This document shows, one piece after another, positions 1 through 12,200 of a stretch of 64,000 bases of DNA (its first letter is position 1; each line of letters opens with the position of its first letter). Source of the stretch: Mytilus californianus (Eukaryota); NCBI RefSeq assembly GCF_021869535.1, contig NW_026262745.1, positions 47,802,001 to 47,866,000 on the forward strand, given 5' to 3'. The notes under the pieces are model-generated. The model ran no database searches. It was not told the DNA's origin and saw only the letters and a program-made list of their open reading frames with translations. Both the position numbers and the translations under genes were made by a program.

Positions 1-2171
1 AATATTATTACTTACAAGCAGACGTTTATAGATTCTAGGTTCTGACCTTGTTTATCATCTTAATTACGTGCTATAGTGTTCTTTTGTTTGTCTTTGTATA
101 TTATTAACAATAACTGTTTAATCCATTTTTTGGAAATATCCTTATGGCTTGGCTCGGTATTTTTATATCCCGCCATTGTGTTATTGTACTATTGTCATTT
201 TTTTTCTTCTTGTCTTTCACTTTTGCTTATGTGCTTTGTCTATATGCCATTTTGTTTTTCGTTGTTGACATAGTTGTTTGGTTTTATAGATATTAAGATT
301 ATAAAACAATGTTGACTGCTGTACCCCTAACTTTTGACATTTTACCTATCATATCTATTTGTTTTGCTCACACATTATTGGCAATATGATTGAATTTTAT
401 GCAACTTTCATACAAGTAAAAGGTTTAGCTAGCAATAAAACCAGGTTTAATCCACCATTTTCTGCATAAGGAAACGCCAGTACCAAGTCAGGAATATGAC
501 AGTTGTTTTCCATTCGTTTGATGTGTTTGACCTTTTGATTTTGCCATTTTACATTATAAGGGAATTTTCGTTTTGAATTTTCCTTTGAGTTCGGTATTTT
601 TATTATTTTGCTTTTTATAACTGCTTTGATATTAAAAAATAAAATCCAGTTAACTAATTTATTTGTAATGCATCAGGCAATTTAGTTCAACAGAATCATC
701 TGTTTTTTGAAGGCATCAAGTTTAAAGTATCTCTGTTTTTGGAAAAAGAAAAAAAATAGCTTTCATCAAATCAGTCATTTATTTGGTTGTTTTTTACAAA
801 TCGTTTTGTTATCTCGTATGTTTGAATGTTAAACTGGACAACCGCGGAACAATTCTAATTACATAAGAATCGGCGTATAAGAATAAAGCCTTGATTTTGT
901 AATTGGCAGTAACTATTGATTATACGAAAAACAATAGGATTCGGAAGGGTTATTTTTCAAACTCAACAACGTTCACACACATTTTGATCCGTCTTTGCAT
1001 CCAAGTTCCCAATACCCGTAACAAATATTTGTGAGACCAAGCATTATAGAATTTCAATTGCCTGGAAAATTTGAACTTCAAATGTGCATACAAAAAAGTC
1101 AAATATCAAAAATACTGAACTCCAAGGAAAATTCAAAACGGAAAGACCCTGATCAAATGGCAAAATCAAAAGCTAAAGCTCATCAAACGAATGGAAAACA
1201 ACTGTCATATTTCTGACTTGGTACAGGCATACAAAATTAATACAAGAAAGTGTTTGTCTTGAAGCTAAAGCGAGAATATCAAGCACAATCATACCCTATA
1301 TTGTTCCATTATTAGCCACACGTTTTCCTGAAAATCCAACTAATTCGTTTTGCCCCTTATACCACGATTCCTATATAATTTAATTTTATTTCAATTCAAA
1401 GTATACTTGGTATATATGAGTAACACCTAAATACTTCTAAATAAAAAAGGACAGTGATGAGTGTTATTAAACCAGGTCGTATGAATGTGGTTAATGTTGA
1501 AGAAATACTTTTAATAGTAAAAATGTCATATAAAGTATGTAATTTTACCAACACATTTTATAGTTAATAATATGAAAGAGGAATAGTAACAACAATAATT
1601 TTAAAATAATGTCACACATTTGAACATTTCCCGGATTTTTTAGTAATTGTGACTACTTAAATTAGTAATTTGTAAAACCAAAGCCTTTCTATACACAATG
1701 TAGATATCAACGTAAATTCTGAAATTTCATGCTTAGAGTACTAGTAGAATAACATTTTATTGATATGAATATTAACAAATTTGTTTTAAGGTCAAGAAAT
1801 TGAATAATAAACATGAAATGATAATGACAAGAATTTGATTAATTCAATAAAATATACTTACATTTAGTACACAATTAAAAATTCCATAAAATATCACTGC
1901 TTTTTTTTATTATTCAAATATGATTGAAAACATCAAAGCTTAAAATAGGTATCAACCCGGAATAACCAATAGATGATCATCTTTTTTCATTGGAACACAA
2001 ACAACAAAAAACGCAATAATGTAATTGTATTCGTTAATGAAAACAATACTTGCCATTACAGCGTATAAACACCTTTGTTTTAAAACATTTTTAGTTTAAA
2101 TATATATACTGGTTGTTAAAAGAAGTTTAATCGGTCCTTCAAATGCAAACAAACCTTTTTTAAAAGTCGTT

Positions 2172-2211
2172 TGTCCGAAGCGCTTTTCACGATTTACCTT
2201 CATCAGGGACA
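2172..2211 (-). ncRNA. Minimal type I hammerhead-ribozyme-like motif
   Basis: UGUCC-CUGAUGA-aggtaaatcgt-GAA-AAGCGCUU-C-GGACA: intact core, palindromic stem III, weak stem II. Confidence 0.55.
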
Positions 2212-4327
2212 TCAAACATTTGAAAGCCACGAATTATAAACATGTAGACACGTTGAGAGCTATAGGACCACATTCTAATAATACGTTTTTCTTGAGGGAG
2301 TTATAACCTTAGTTTCCTAGTAATTTCGTAATTCATCAATTCATATAAACTTCCAAATAATATAATTCTCAATGACAATAATAGTGTAATGACAATGTTG
2401 GCAATATTGCAAAAGTTTAAAAAAAAACCTATAAATTCTGTACAGACTAATGGATACAGATACCCGGTTGTACCAAAGTGTCGATGTGAGCATGGTTATA
2501 GTGATTTCTTCTATTTGACAGTGAAATTTATGCTAGAGAAGTAGCAGTTGGCTGTTCGGGATGTAAAATTACGCAGCTACGTTAGGTCTGAAACATGTGT
2601 TAAATTCGTTGTTTCGTGTAGGGTGAATGCCACGCTCTCTGCACCTAGAATAATAAATACCACAACTTTCTGTTGAGTCCGTACGTGGTTTGTTGAAAGG
2701 CAAACTTTGGCTTCTGTATATTTTACATACCCTCTGTGCTAGTGGTGTTATGCCACAATTGTTTCCCTTATTAGTCTTTGATAAAGGCATTTTTCAAAAG
2801 GTTTTGTAGAATTTAAATTTGTTTCAAACAATTGAATTACATGGCATGCATAATGTTTTATCCTGTCCAGTATTACAATGAACATTTCACACACCATTTC
2901 ATTGCATATCAGAACATTACCATCACCAGTAGTAACCCAAGCAACTTCTCATCCTTCTTTTCTGAAAGTCTCCAAAATATTGTAAAGGAACACCAGATAA
3001 AGACCAGAAGTGTGTTAGAAATACCCAAGATATATGTTTATGACTTTCAGGATTAGTTTTCTACAACTGTCAAATTCAAGGGATTAATATTTTTTCGTAC
3101 TTTTTTCAACATGAAACCGGATGTGCCGTACTATGTTTTGGTAGTAAAACACTTACAGGTTGTCATGTTTCCCACCCTTTATCCCTTGGGTTTTACTTTG
3201 CAGGAGAAACTTCTTTAATTTATTTATTAATAATTTGTTCTCGTCATGAATAAGCATGAATACAATGCCACTGGACAATTAGCAAAAACAAAATCATTTT
3301 ATTGCGTACAGCGCTCACTGCATGTTGAAGAGTCTTTGAAACAATTATATGAGGATAACGCGTGTGACCAGTTGCAAGACAAAATTACCTATCACCATTT
3401 GTAGAGTCAAATCATTCTTTTTCGAAGTAACATTGCATAAAACTTCCTAAAATTCTAGAGAAATAAAAAAAGATAGTCCAAATATTATCGATGTTTATCT
3501 TATATAAATAAAAAAAGATGTGGGTATATGCAATAAAGACTGAATCCCTACGATAAAAAAAAATATAAATCATTTACTTAATACACATTTGTATATTATG
3601 TTCATTTGAAATGGATTTACTTTAATATACCTTGTATAGTATTTCACAGTTGATTAATACAACTTGAACTCTGGAGATTCTTTATCTTGGACATCCTGGA
3701 ACTTTTGACAATTGGGTCAGATTATCTACACATTCCTTACATGGTATATATTGTTTGAAGTCTATCTTGTAGTTATTTTCTGGACAGAAGTACGGCCTAT
3801 ATCCCCAGATGTTGCTTTACACAAAAAAACAAGTTTTTTTTTCAGTCTTTACTTTGATTCACAGTACATGCAGTCCACTTTTAGAACCCGTAAGAAGTCA
3901 AGCCAGGAATACTTAGGGCTATGATGCAATGGTTACCCCCGTCCCTATGCTGGCAGACTCGAATGGGTCTAAGGTATCTGTTCTACGATGGATACTAGAG
4001 GTTATGTCTATCTCTACCTCTGGTAAAATGACAATGTTTATAAGCACTCAAGAGCATACGATACGGTTGTGATCACATGGTGATTGTATGTCGAAAATTT
4101 GAGTTCAAACTATTTTCAAAAGATAAACACAAGCGGATTTATGTAAAAACAATTTGGAATATCTTTTCTCCTGTCCATAAGTTTGCATTTAATTTTTTTG
4201 TAGAAATGATCCATTTCTTTTAAATATTCATGCTTTTAGAAAAAAAGTTGCCGTTTTATGCCTTATATTAATCCAATTTAAAAATAAAACCAACGGTGAT
4301 TTGTTCATAGAAATTAGTAGAAACAAT

Positions 4328-4375
4328 CTTCTTCTTCTTCTTCTTCTTCTTCTTCTTCTTCTTCTTCTTCTTCTT
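4328..4375. repeat. (CTT)n microsatellite, about 16 units
   Basis: Seen directly. Confidence 0.97.
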
Positions 4376-4559
4376 TTTACAGGTAAGGAACCGATTCAAA
4401 ACTTGAATTTAAAAATTTTGTGCAGTGTCGAGCAACACAGAAAGTTCTCTCTTGGCTATTAACATTTAAAACTTCGCAATATGTTTACTATTAAACTATG
4501 TACATCTTGGTGTTGCCTAGTTCATTACAGATTAAACCTTCAAGGCAGTTCTGAATCCT

Positions 4560-5900
4560 TTAACAATGTTGGCCGACGAAATATGATGTTGGTAGACTTT
4601 TCCAATCACTGATGGTCCTTGGGAAGAAAGATTGGCCATATGCATCGGTACTTGTTCTTTCTTGGTAGAAGCGTGTTTTACCTCAGGTCCGGTTATCGTT
4701 TGGGTTCAGATATTTTTGACGATCTGTGTCGATTAGATCATGTTTGAACAGCATGCATAATCTGTTTGTTTCCTGTATTCTTTAATGCTTTCCCAATTTT
4801 ACGGTTTCTGTAAATAAATCGATGCGTTTATCCCAGGTTAGTTACTGATTGTTACTCCTAGGTATTTGCAGGCTTTATCTGTCTCTAATGCATGACCGTA
4901 TATTTTGTAAAATGTTTGTATTACCGGTCGATTGTTCTTTAAAATTCTTATAACAAGTCATTTTTGGCGTTGAAACTCGTATGCCATTTGTTTTACCAAT
5001 CTTTCAATGAATGTCACTTCTGCTTGGTTTATGATGGTTCGAAGAATAGACAGCCGTCGGAAAATAATTTGGTCTCTGATGTATTTGCTATTTCTGACAT
5101 GTCTTTGATGCAAACCAGGAACAGTAACCTTGGTAATAGTCCTATAACTGTGCCTTGACGTACGCAAGAGAGTAATGGTACTTAAATGGAGACAGTTCCC
5201 TCTAGTATAATGCTCTGCTTTCTGTTATTTTGGAAGGAGCGAATTAATATGATGGTGTTAGGATTGACGCTGTAATATTCCAATTTAGTCCGTGTAGCAG
5301 GCGGTGATGTGGCACCATGTCAGACGCTTTTGCAAATTCAGAAGGATGATATCTACTTGAAAGTTTCTTTTTAATGTTGATGCAATGTCGTTGATTGTTG
5401 CGAGTTGGGATTCGCAAGATCGTCTTTTGCGGAATCCGTGTTGTGCATTAGTAATAATTTTATTTCTATCGAAATGGTCCATAATGTTGATGTGTACAAT
5501 GCGTTAAAAGACCATGCATGCAATTGATGTAATAGATACTGATCTGTAATTATATGCAAAGTGCCTTTCGTCTTTTTTGAAGACTTTTGACATGGTCATC
5601 TCTCCAATCTTGTGAGACGTCGCCAGTGTTCAGTGATGTTTGATACAGGTCTGTTAGAATTGGAGCAAGCCGGTCTGCTGCTGCGGTCAGTATAAAAGAT
5701 TGACCGGTTGCTTATGTCGTTTAAGATTTTTTAACAATTTGTGGACTCCATTAATGCTAATCTTAATATCCTTCATGGTAGAATATGGACTTCTCCCTTT
5801 ATTAGGGAAGTTATTATGGTTTTCTTTAGTAAATATTGACTGAAATTGATAATTTAGAATGTCGGTTTTGCTCTTGTTACAATAGCTTACTTGAAACCTT
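4560..5900 (-). mobile_element. Truncated, decayed CR1/L2-clade-like LINE (RT and C-terminus)
   Basis: Minus-strand fragments KTDILNYQFQSIFTKE, GVHKLLKNL, LAPILTDLYQTSL, NYRSVSITS, AQHGFRKRRSCESQL, QGTVIGPLLFL, YGQSFFPRTISDW. Confidence 0.88.
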
Positions 5901-8900
5901 TACTAATTTATTTCATAGATACAAAGATATGGTTTTCAAAGTTTAGTTGTATCCGTAGAATTTCTATGACATCCTTATTTTGGATACGACTCATGTAAAA
6001 ACATTGATCATTTGAATAAATGTATACTTAAATAAAGGATATCATTTAAGCACCGTAGTAAGATCTTTGAAAATTATGTTATCAGTATTTACATTAATTT
6101 TGTTTTGACAAATCTAAACTAAACAATAGTTAATGTTATATATATGAAACAACTTAGGATTATTTATATATGCATCCCGTCGATGTTATGTACCTACAGT
6201 TGGAAATTGCCCAAAGTCAAGCATTTCTTAGACTTTTTTGTTAAATCGAAATCCTCTAGTGTTGTACTGATTGATACTTTTTGAGATAACATGGTTTATT
6301 TATTGATTGTAATTGGCTTTGAACTAAATTTCATTACCTCCAAGTCCTCTAAAATCAGTATTTTGTGTCTTTTGTCCTTATCTTAGTTGGGGGTTTTTTG
6401 TGCTTCGTGACAATCTGATTAGTCAATCCATTCCCATTTACATGTTCTGTTTTGCTGTTCTACATCTGTTACGGGTTAAGAAGTGTTGAACGCTCACAAA
6501 GACGTCTGACTCTGCCACATTCTTTATGCTATTGTACTAAGTCAGGAATCTGTTTTTCAGTTGTTGTCGTTGGTTGCTGTCTGTCTCATTTGTTTTTCCT
6601 TAATTGTATTATTATGATCACGCAACCCTCCCCTAGCTTTGGACAATCGTAATGTACCACAATTTTAGACCAAACTATAAAAAGCGGATAGAAAATGCTT
6701 TTTCCATCAGACCTGCACTTACCCCACAAGAAATCCTATAAAAAAACATATACTAAAGAGTACAAACAAATACTGAAAGCTACTTCAAAGCCAATGCCAA
6801 CTAATATAAACCATATTCTCCAATAATAAAATTTCAATCGGTATACACCCAATACACTTAGAGAAAAAAACTGTTTGAGATTATCAAATGTATTTGTATC
6901 TTTATTTGTCAACAAAGTACATTTCCTTATAGAACTATCTGATTTATAACAACAGCAATAGAGTTTATTGAAGACATTTTATTTGACTATACAGTGAAAT
7001 ATGGGTATTTGTTTAGAAAATATCTCATAACTCTACATTATTTGTTAAATCATAGTTCCGGAAGAAATGTATATTAACAATAATGATATAAAATATAGAA
7101 AATTTTTAAGCGATTTTTATATATATTTTTAATATTGTATCTTTTCAACCGATAATAATATAACAGTGGCCTTTGAATAAAGCAAAAATCTTCAACACTA
7201 CAACACCTTTTCCCAATCATTAACTGCATATACATAAAGGAATTGAATCAATTATATTTTGCAGAAAAAAAGGATGAGTGAAAACTCTTTTGGACTGTTA
7301 TGTACTATGGGACATAGGAAAACAACGTAACACTACAATTTCTGTTAAACAGTATAACAAGAATTATAAAAATGTAGTATTTTATGACCAAAATAGGCGG
7401 ATGATACCAAGAAGACATTCAAAAGTCATAATTCGAAGAGAAACCGTCAATACCATTGTAGAAAAAATGGAAGACGAGGAAAAGACAACCTATATAAACA
7501 TAAGAATATGTGGTTTAACTGCAAATGCGACAAGTATCCACAAGAAACCAAATGGCGTAAAACTTATCATCAATATGTCAACGTCAACAATGACCACCAC
7601 AAATATTGCACAGCAAGCTATAAACGGTCCAGAAATGAAAAAAATCTAAACAGTTCAAACGAGTAAATTACCGGCTCATTTAGGTACAACAAAATAAACG
7701 AAAAACAAATAGGACAGACAGTAATAAATGACAACCACTGAATCTTAGACTCCTGAATTGTGACTGGTACACACATAAGGTGACTGGTTAAACATATTTG
7801 CGAGCGCTCAACCCTACCAAACCATATACAGTAGTGTAACTGGACACCAAAAGAACATATACAAAACTATAAAACTCAGTTGAAACGGGCTAACCAATTC
7901 CTTAAAACACCATTAATAACACAAAAAATTAGCAACAAAAATGCCAAAATATATACAACATCACAAGAACCTTTAGTTGCAGTAGGAAAAAAGTATAACA
8001 AAAATTACAAATTCAAAGCAAATTCTAAAAGGGGAAGTCCATTAAAACTGACAAAATCAAACGTTATCAATCAAGGGAACAAGTGAAAAAAAAAACGACT
8101 GACATATTCCTGATTTGGTAAACTGATCAGTAGCATTTTATGCTATTGTGATTACACTGCTAGGAAATATACTGACGATTCTGTTATTGATTATGAATAA
8201 TTGGTTACATGATTGATTCAGTCAATATTTACATTCTAAATTTAGCCTTACTTATTCAATGTTCGAAAATATATGCATTTGCCTGAAATTAAAACAAAAG
8301 ATGCAGAACCAGAAGAAGACGAGTGAGGTGGGAGAACAGCCATGGATTATATCAAATTGTACATAACTTGTAAATCAAATGTGTTTAGTAACAATATAAA
8401 AAGGTTATCATTTGCATGTCATGCAAAAAAAAGGAACGGTCGTGAAACCACTAAATCATTTATAAATTGATTTAACATGCTGCGTAGTTTGTAGACTTGG
8501 TGTCAATTTACTGTGACAGTTATAATAAAGCATAAGTTCCATGTGTGAACTCATCAATCTCTGAATAGTAGCGGGTTTCTTCAACTGCATTGAGACATAT
8601 TCCTTAACATGACATTTGACAATGCAATGTATTCTGTTTTCAATATAATATAACGAATATGATAAATTATTATAATATAAGTACCCAATTCATGACAACT
8701 GCATGTGTAAGTCGTATATCTGTAACATGTAAGTTATAAATATTACATTTTAATTGTTCACAAAAGTATAAATATGATACAAAATTTGTACAATGTGTTT
8801 ACATTATCTACAATCATGTTCAATTATCATATGTTACACTATAATTAAAATTTGACATTTGCTCATTCGATGATATTAATAACTTTACAGTATGTGTATA

Positions 8901-8957
8901 AGAAATTATACACCGGTCAACATGCTTAAATAAATTTATTTATTGTAAATTCTTTGG

Positions 8958-9279
8958 TTATTCAGGGTTATCTAGTGGCACTGAGTCACTAAGAGGTTTT
9001 TGGAGATATAGCTTATTTTCCTCTACGATCTGATTTAAAGCTGGAATTGTAGCAAAGTTTTGAAGGTACAGTTTATTATCCTGCACAGTCTGATTTTTTT
9101 CATATGGAATCTCATCGTAGCCTTCATTGTAATTGTTGTCATTTATACAAGAATAATGACTGGTATCCTCGATTTGTGCGTACGGATTAGTTATGTTTTC
9201 AGTCTTCACCGTTTCTTCGTAGGTTGGAGGGGATGTACTCTTTGTGTCCTTTAGACAGTTAGGTTTTCGTCTAAAAATT
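8958..9279 (-). CDS. Gene 1 exon 7, cytoplasmic tail
   Basis: ttacag acceptor, in frame with ORF 8958-9209; IFRRKP..PPTYEE..NPYAQI..SHYSCI..GYDEI. Confidence 0.75.
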
Positions 9280-12200
9280 CTGTAATAAATAGTTGAAGCA
9301 GGCTATATCCATGAATTTAGAATGCGTTTAAAAGTAAAATAAATAATAAGCTTACAAAATGATGTAAAGTTAACCTCAGCATAAGGTAAGGAGAACAATT
9401 ACTATTCCTTAATAATACTATACTGTTGATACATTGTTATTTGAGGGGTTCTAATTTTCATGGATTTCGTGAAAATATGTGGACCAAACAAATAGGTTTT
9501 CAACGAAACACAGATTTTCAATTAAATTATATGCAGGTTTTATTTCAGTCTGCAAAATCAGTTATACACGAACAAACAATGTTAGTCAATCTGTGAAAAG
9601 TACTCAATCCATCTTCAATTATTTGAATATTACTGGTTGTACCTCATCTTTTCAGTCTGTTTTTTTTACACAGTAAACCAAATTAGGAAACTATTTTCAT
9701 CCAATTTGAGCATGTATAGCGTATGACATTCAGCAGTAAAACTTAAAATCATCATCCCTGTGTTGCTGCTTTAACATGGTATACCTGAATTTTATACTTC
9801 TGAACATAATTACTTCTAACCTCAATTTGAAACAGTTCGTCCATCGTTGCCGAGTTGTGTTAACTGCATTATTTATATAATTTTAGGTGAACATACTTAC
9901 ACAACAAATACAGCTATAACAATCAGCAAGAAAACAACAAGTACAGTCAGACCAACAACAGTCATACTTGTTGCCTTTTCATCTAAAATTGACAAAATGA
10001 ATTGCACAAATTAAATATGTTAAAAAAAATGCTTGCATGTCAACATAGTGTTGAGATTTACAACATGTGCTATAAAAAATATATATTTTGATATCGCCAT
10101 TTCAATTATCCTCCATATGCTAGCCATCTTTTATAATGTTTTATTGTAGAAGCCATTTGTACGAAAACAAAAAAATAATGGCAGTTGATATTAAATTTAA
10201 AATTATGTTGTCTTTAATAACTATGATAAAACGTATAATTACGTGCTTTATTTGAATTGAAACACCATGTTAACACTTTTGCTACTCGTAATAATTCACG
10301 AATGTGAATATCATTCACATTCTTTACAAAATTTTCATTCTTAACAAGTCATTATTCATACACAATTTGAGCATTGATAGAATACAGAACTTTTGTTTCC
10401 GTACCTTTTTGTGGTAGATGTGTTGTTGTATGTTTAGTCACTAGTGAAGTAGTCGATATCTCCACTGAATGTGTTGTAGTCATGGATGAATCGATTGCAG
10501 CTCTGGATGTCTTTATTGTTTCCAAGGTTGTAGATATTTCATAAGGTATTACTGTGGAAATTGTTGTTGATCTTGATGTTGTTGTCGTTTGTTTTGCTAT
10601 TGTCGCTGATCTTGACGGTATTGTTGTGAAGATTGTTGCTATTGTCGCTGATCTTGACGGTATTGTTGTGAAGATTGTTGCTATTGTCGCTGATCTTGAC
10701 GGTATTGTTGTGAAGATTGTTGTATTTGATTTTGCTTTTGTCGTCGATCTTGATGTTATTGTCGTTAATGTTGTTGGTTTTGGTACTTGCAACGTACATG
10801 GGAGTAGAAATTGTATAATTAAACATTAATTTTGGTTATGTTATATCACTGTTTGTTTCTAATTTTGTTATAATTACTGTATAGCTTATTCTATATTAAT
10901 GCACTTGGCGTTTCTGTAAACAGCTCTAATTTGGTGCTCAGGCTACACTGATTAATAACTGGCATGTTTACATTAATACATTTTAGTTTTAACAATTTAC
11001 AATGTAGTTTATATATAATTTTATTATAATCAGAGTTTCCGTCGCAATTTTCGAATTTGGCGAAAAATAATAAAACTGTGTTGAGAAAAAAAATTATTTG
11101 CGAAAAACTTTGGCTAAAGAATTAACAAACAAGATAAAAAACATTGCTTATTTTATTCAGAAAAAAGTTATATCACAAAAACACTGAACTCCGAGGAAAA
11201 TTCAAAACGGAAAGTCCCTAATCAAATGTCAATATCAAAAGCACAAACACATCAAACGAATGGACAACAACTGTCATATTCTTGACTTGGTACAGGCATT
11301 TTCTTATGCAGAAAATGGTGGATTGAACCTGGTTTTATAGCGCTAAACCTCTCACACTCAGAACACTCAACTAGATAGTACGTATCCGATAAATAGATCG
11401 AGGATGGATCACGACCTGATGATGTTTCGGATACAAACTAAATTATAACTATAATTTGATGTTCATTCATTAAAATATTGATTATAGAATAGAGATGTGG
11501 GAATAATGTTCAATGTAATTTCACGTTACATGTTATATTAGATTACAGATTTACATGAGACGATAACGCTGCGTAAAGCAATTAAGGTAGTTTGCAACAA
11601 GGAAAATAAGTTGGCGAAAAAGTGGTGGCAAAATTATCTTTTGGCGAAAGAGGGCTATAAAGGAAATGAACTCAGGTATAAATTCTACTATACTCCGTGT
11701 TTTTCGATGCTCAAAAGGACAACTCACTAAGAGAGTTTTAACTGCTATACTCATTCCGTATTTTGGTCGATGATGTAAAACATGTTACATAGTTTGTAAC
11801 AGACAATTTTGTCTTGATCGTCCTATTTACACTAAGACAAAAAATACAAGACCGGTTCAAAAGAATCTATATCATTCGTTTATCTAAATTATTTCGTCTT
11901 TGTTTAGTTTTAAGATGATACATTTTTAGTTTCGACGTTCGATTTATATCATAGATTTTTCGATTACAAAAATATTGTAGTATTTTAACAAATGATTATC
12001 TATGTTTAATTATTGTAAAGAAGTGAGACAAAACTATGGATAATAAATTGAATATATTTTTCAAATAAGAAAATACAATAACAAAGGTTGATCCTTAATA
12101 CGTACGTTCACACCCAGGACTGAAACCATTATCAGAAGTTTCTCCAGTCGGACAAGGAAGCTCTGATCCTGAAATATATATACAACTTATACATGTGCAT

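Noticed and set aside
2569-3056. Possible decayed coding region
   Set aside because: Slightly higher GC, but no frame gave a motif I could recognise
7278-7649. 123-aa ORF as a protein-coding gene
   Set aside because: No recognisable motif; composed of dispersed-repeat fragments
10539-10829. ORFs 10539-10826 and 10554-10829 as separate genes
   Set aside because: Alternative-frame and antisense shadows of the repetitive mucin exon
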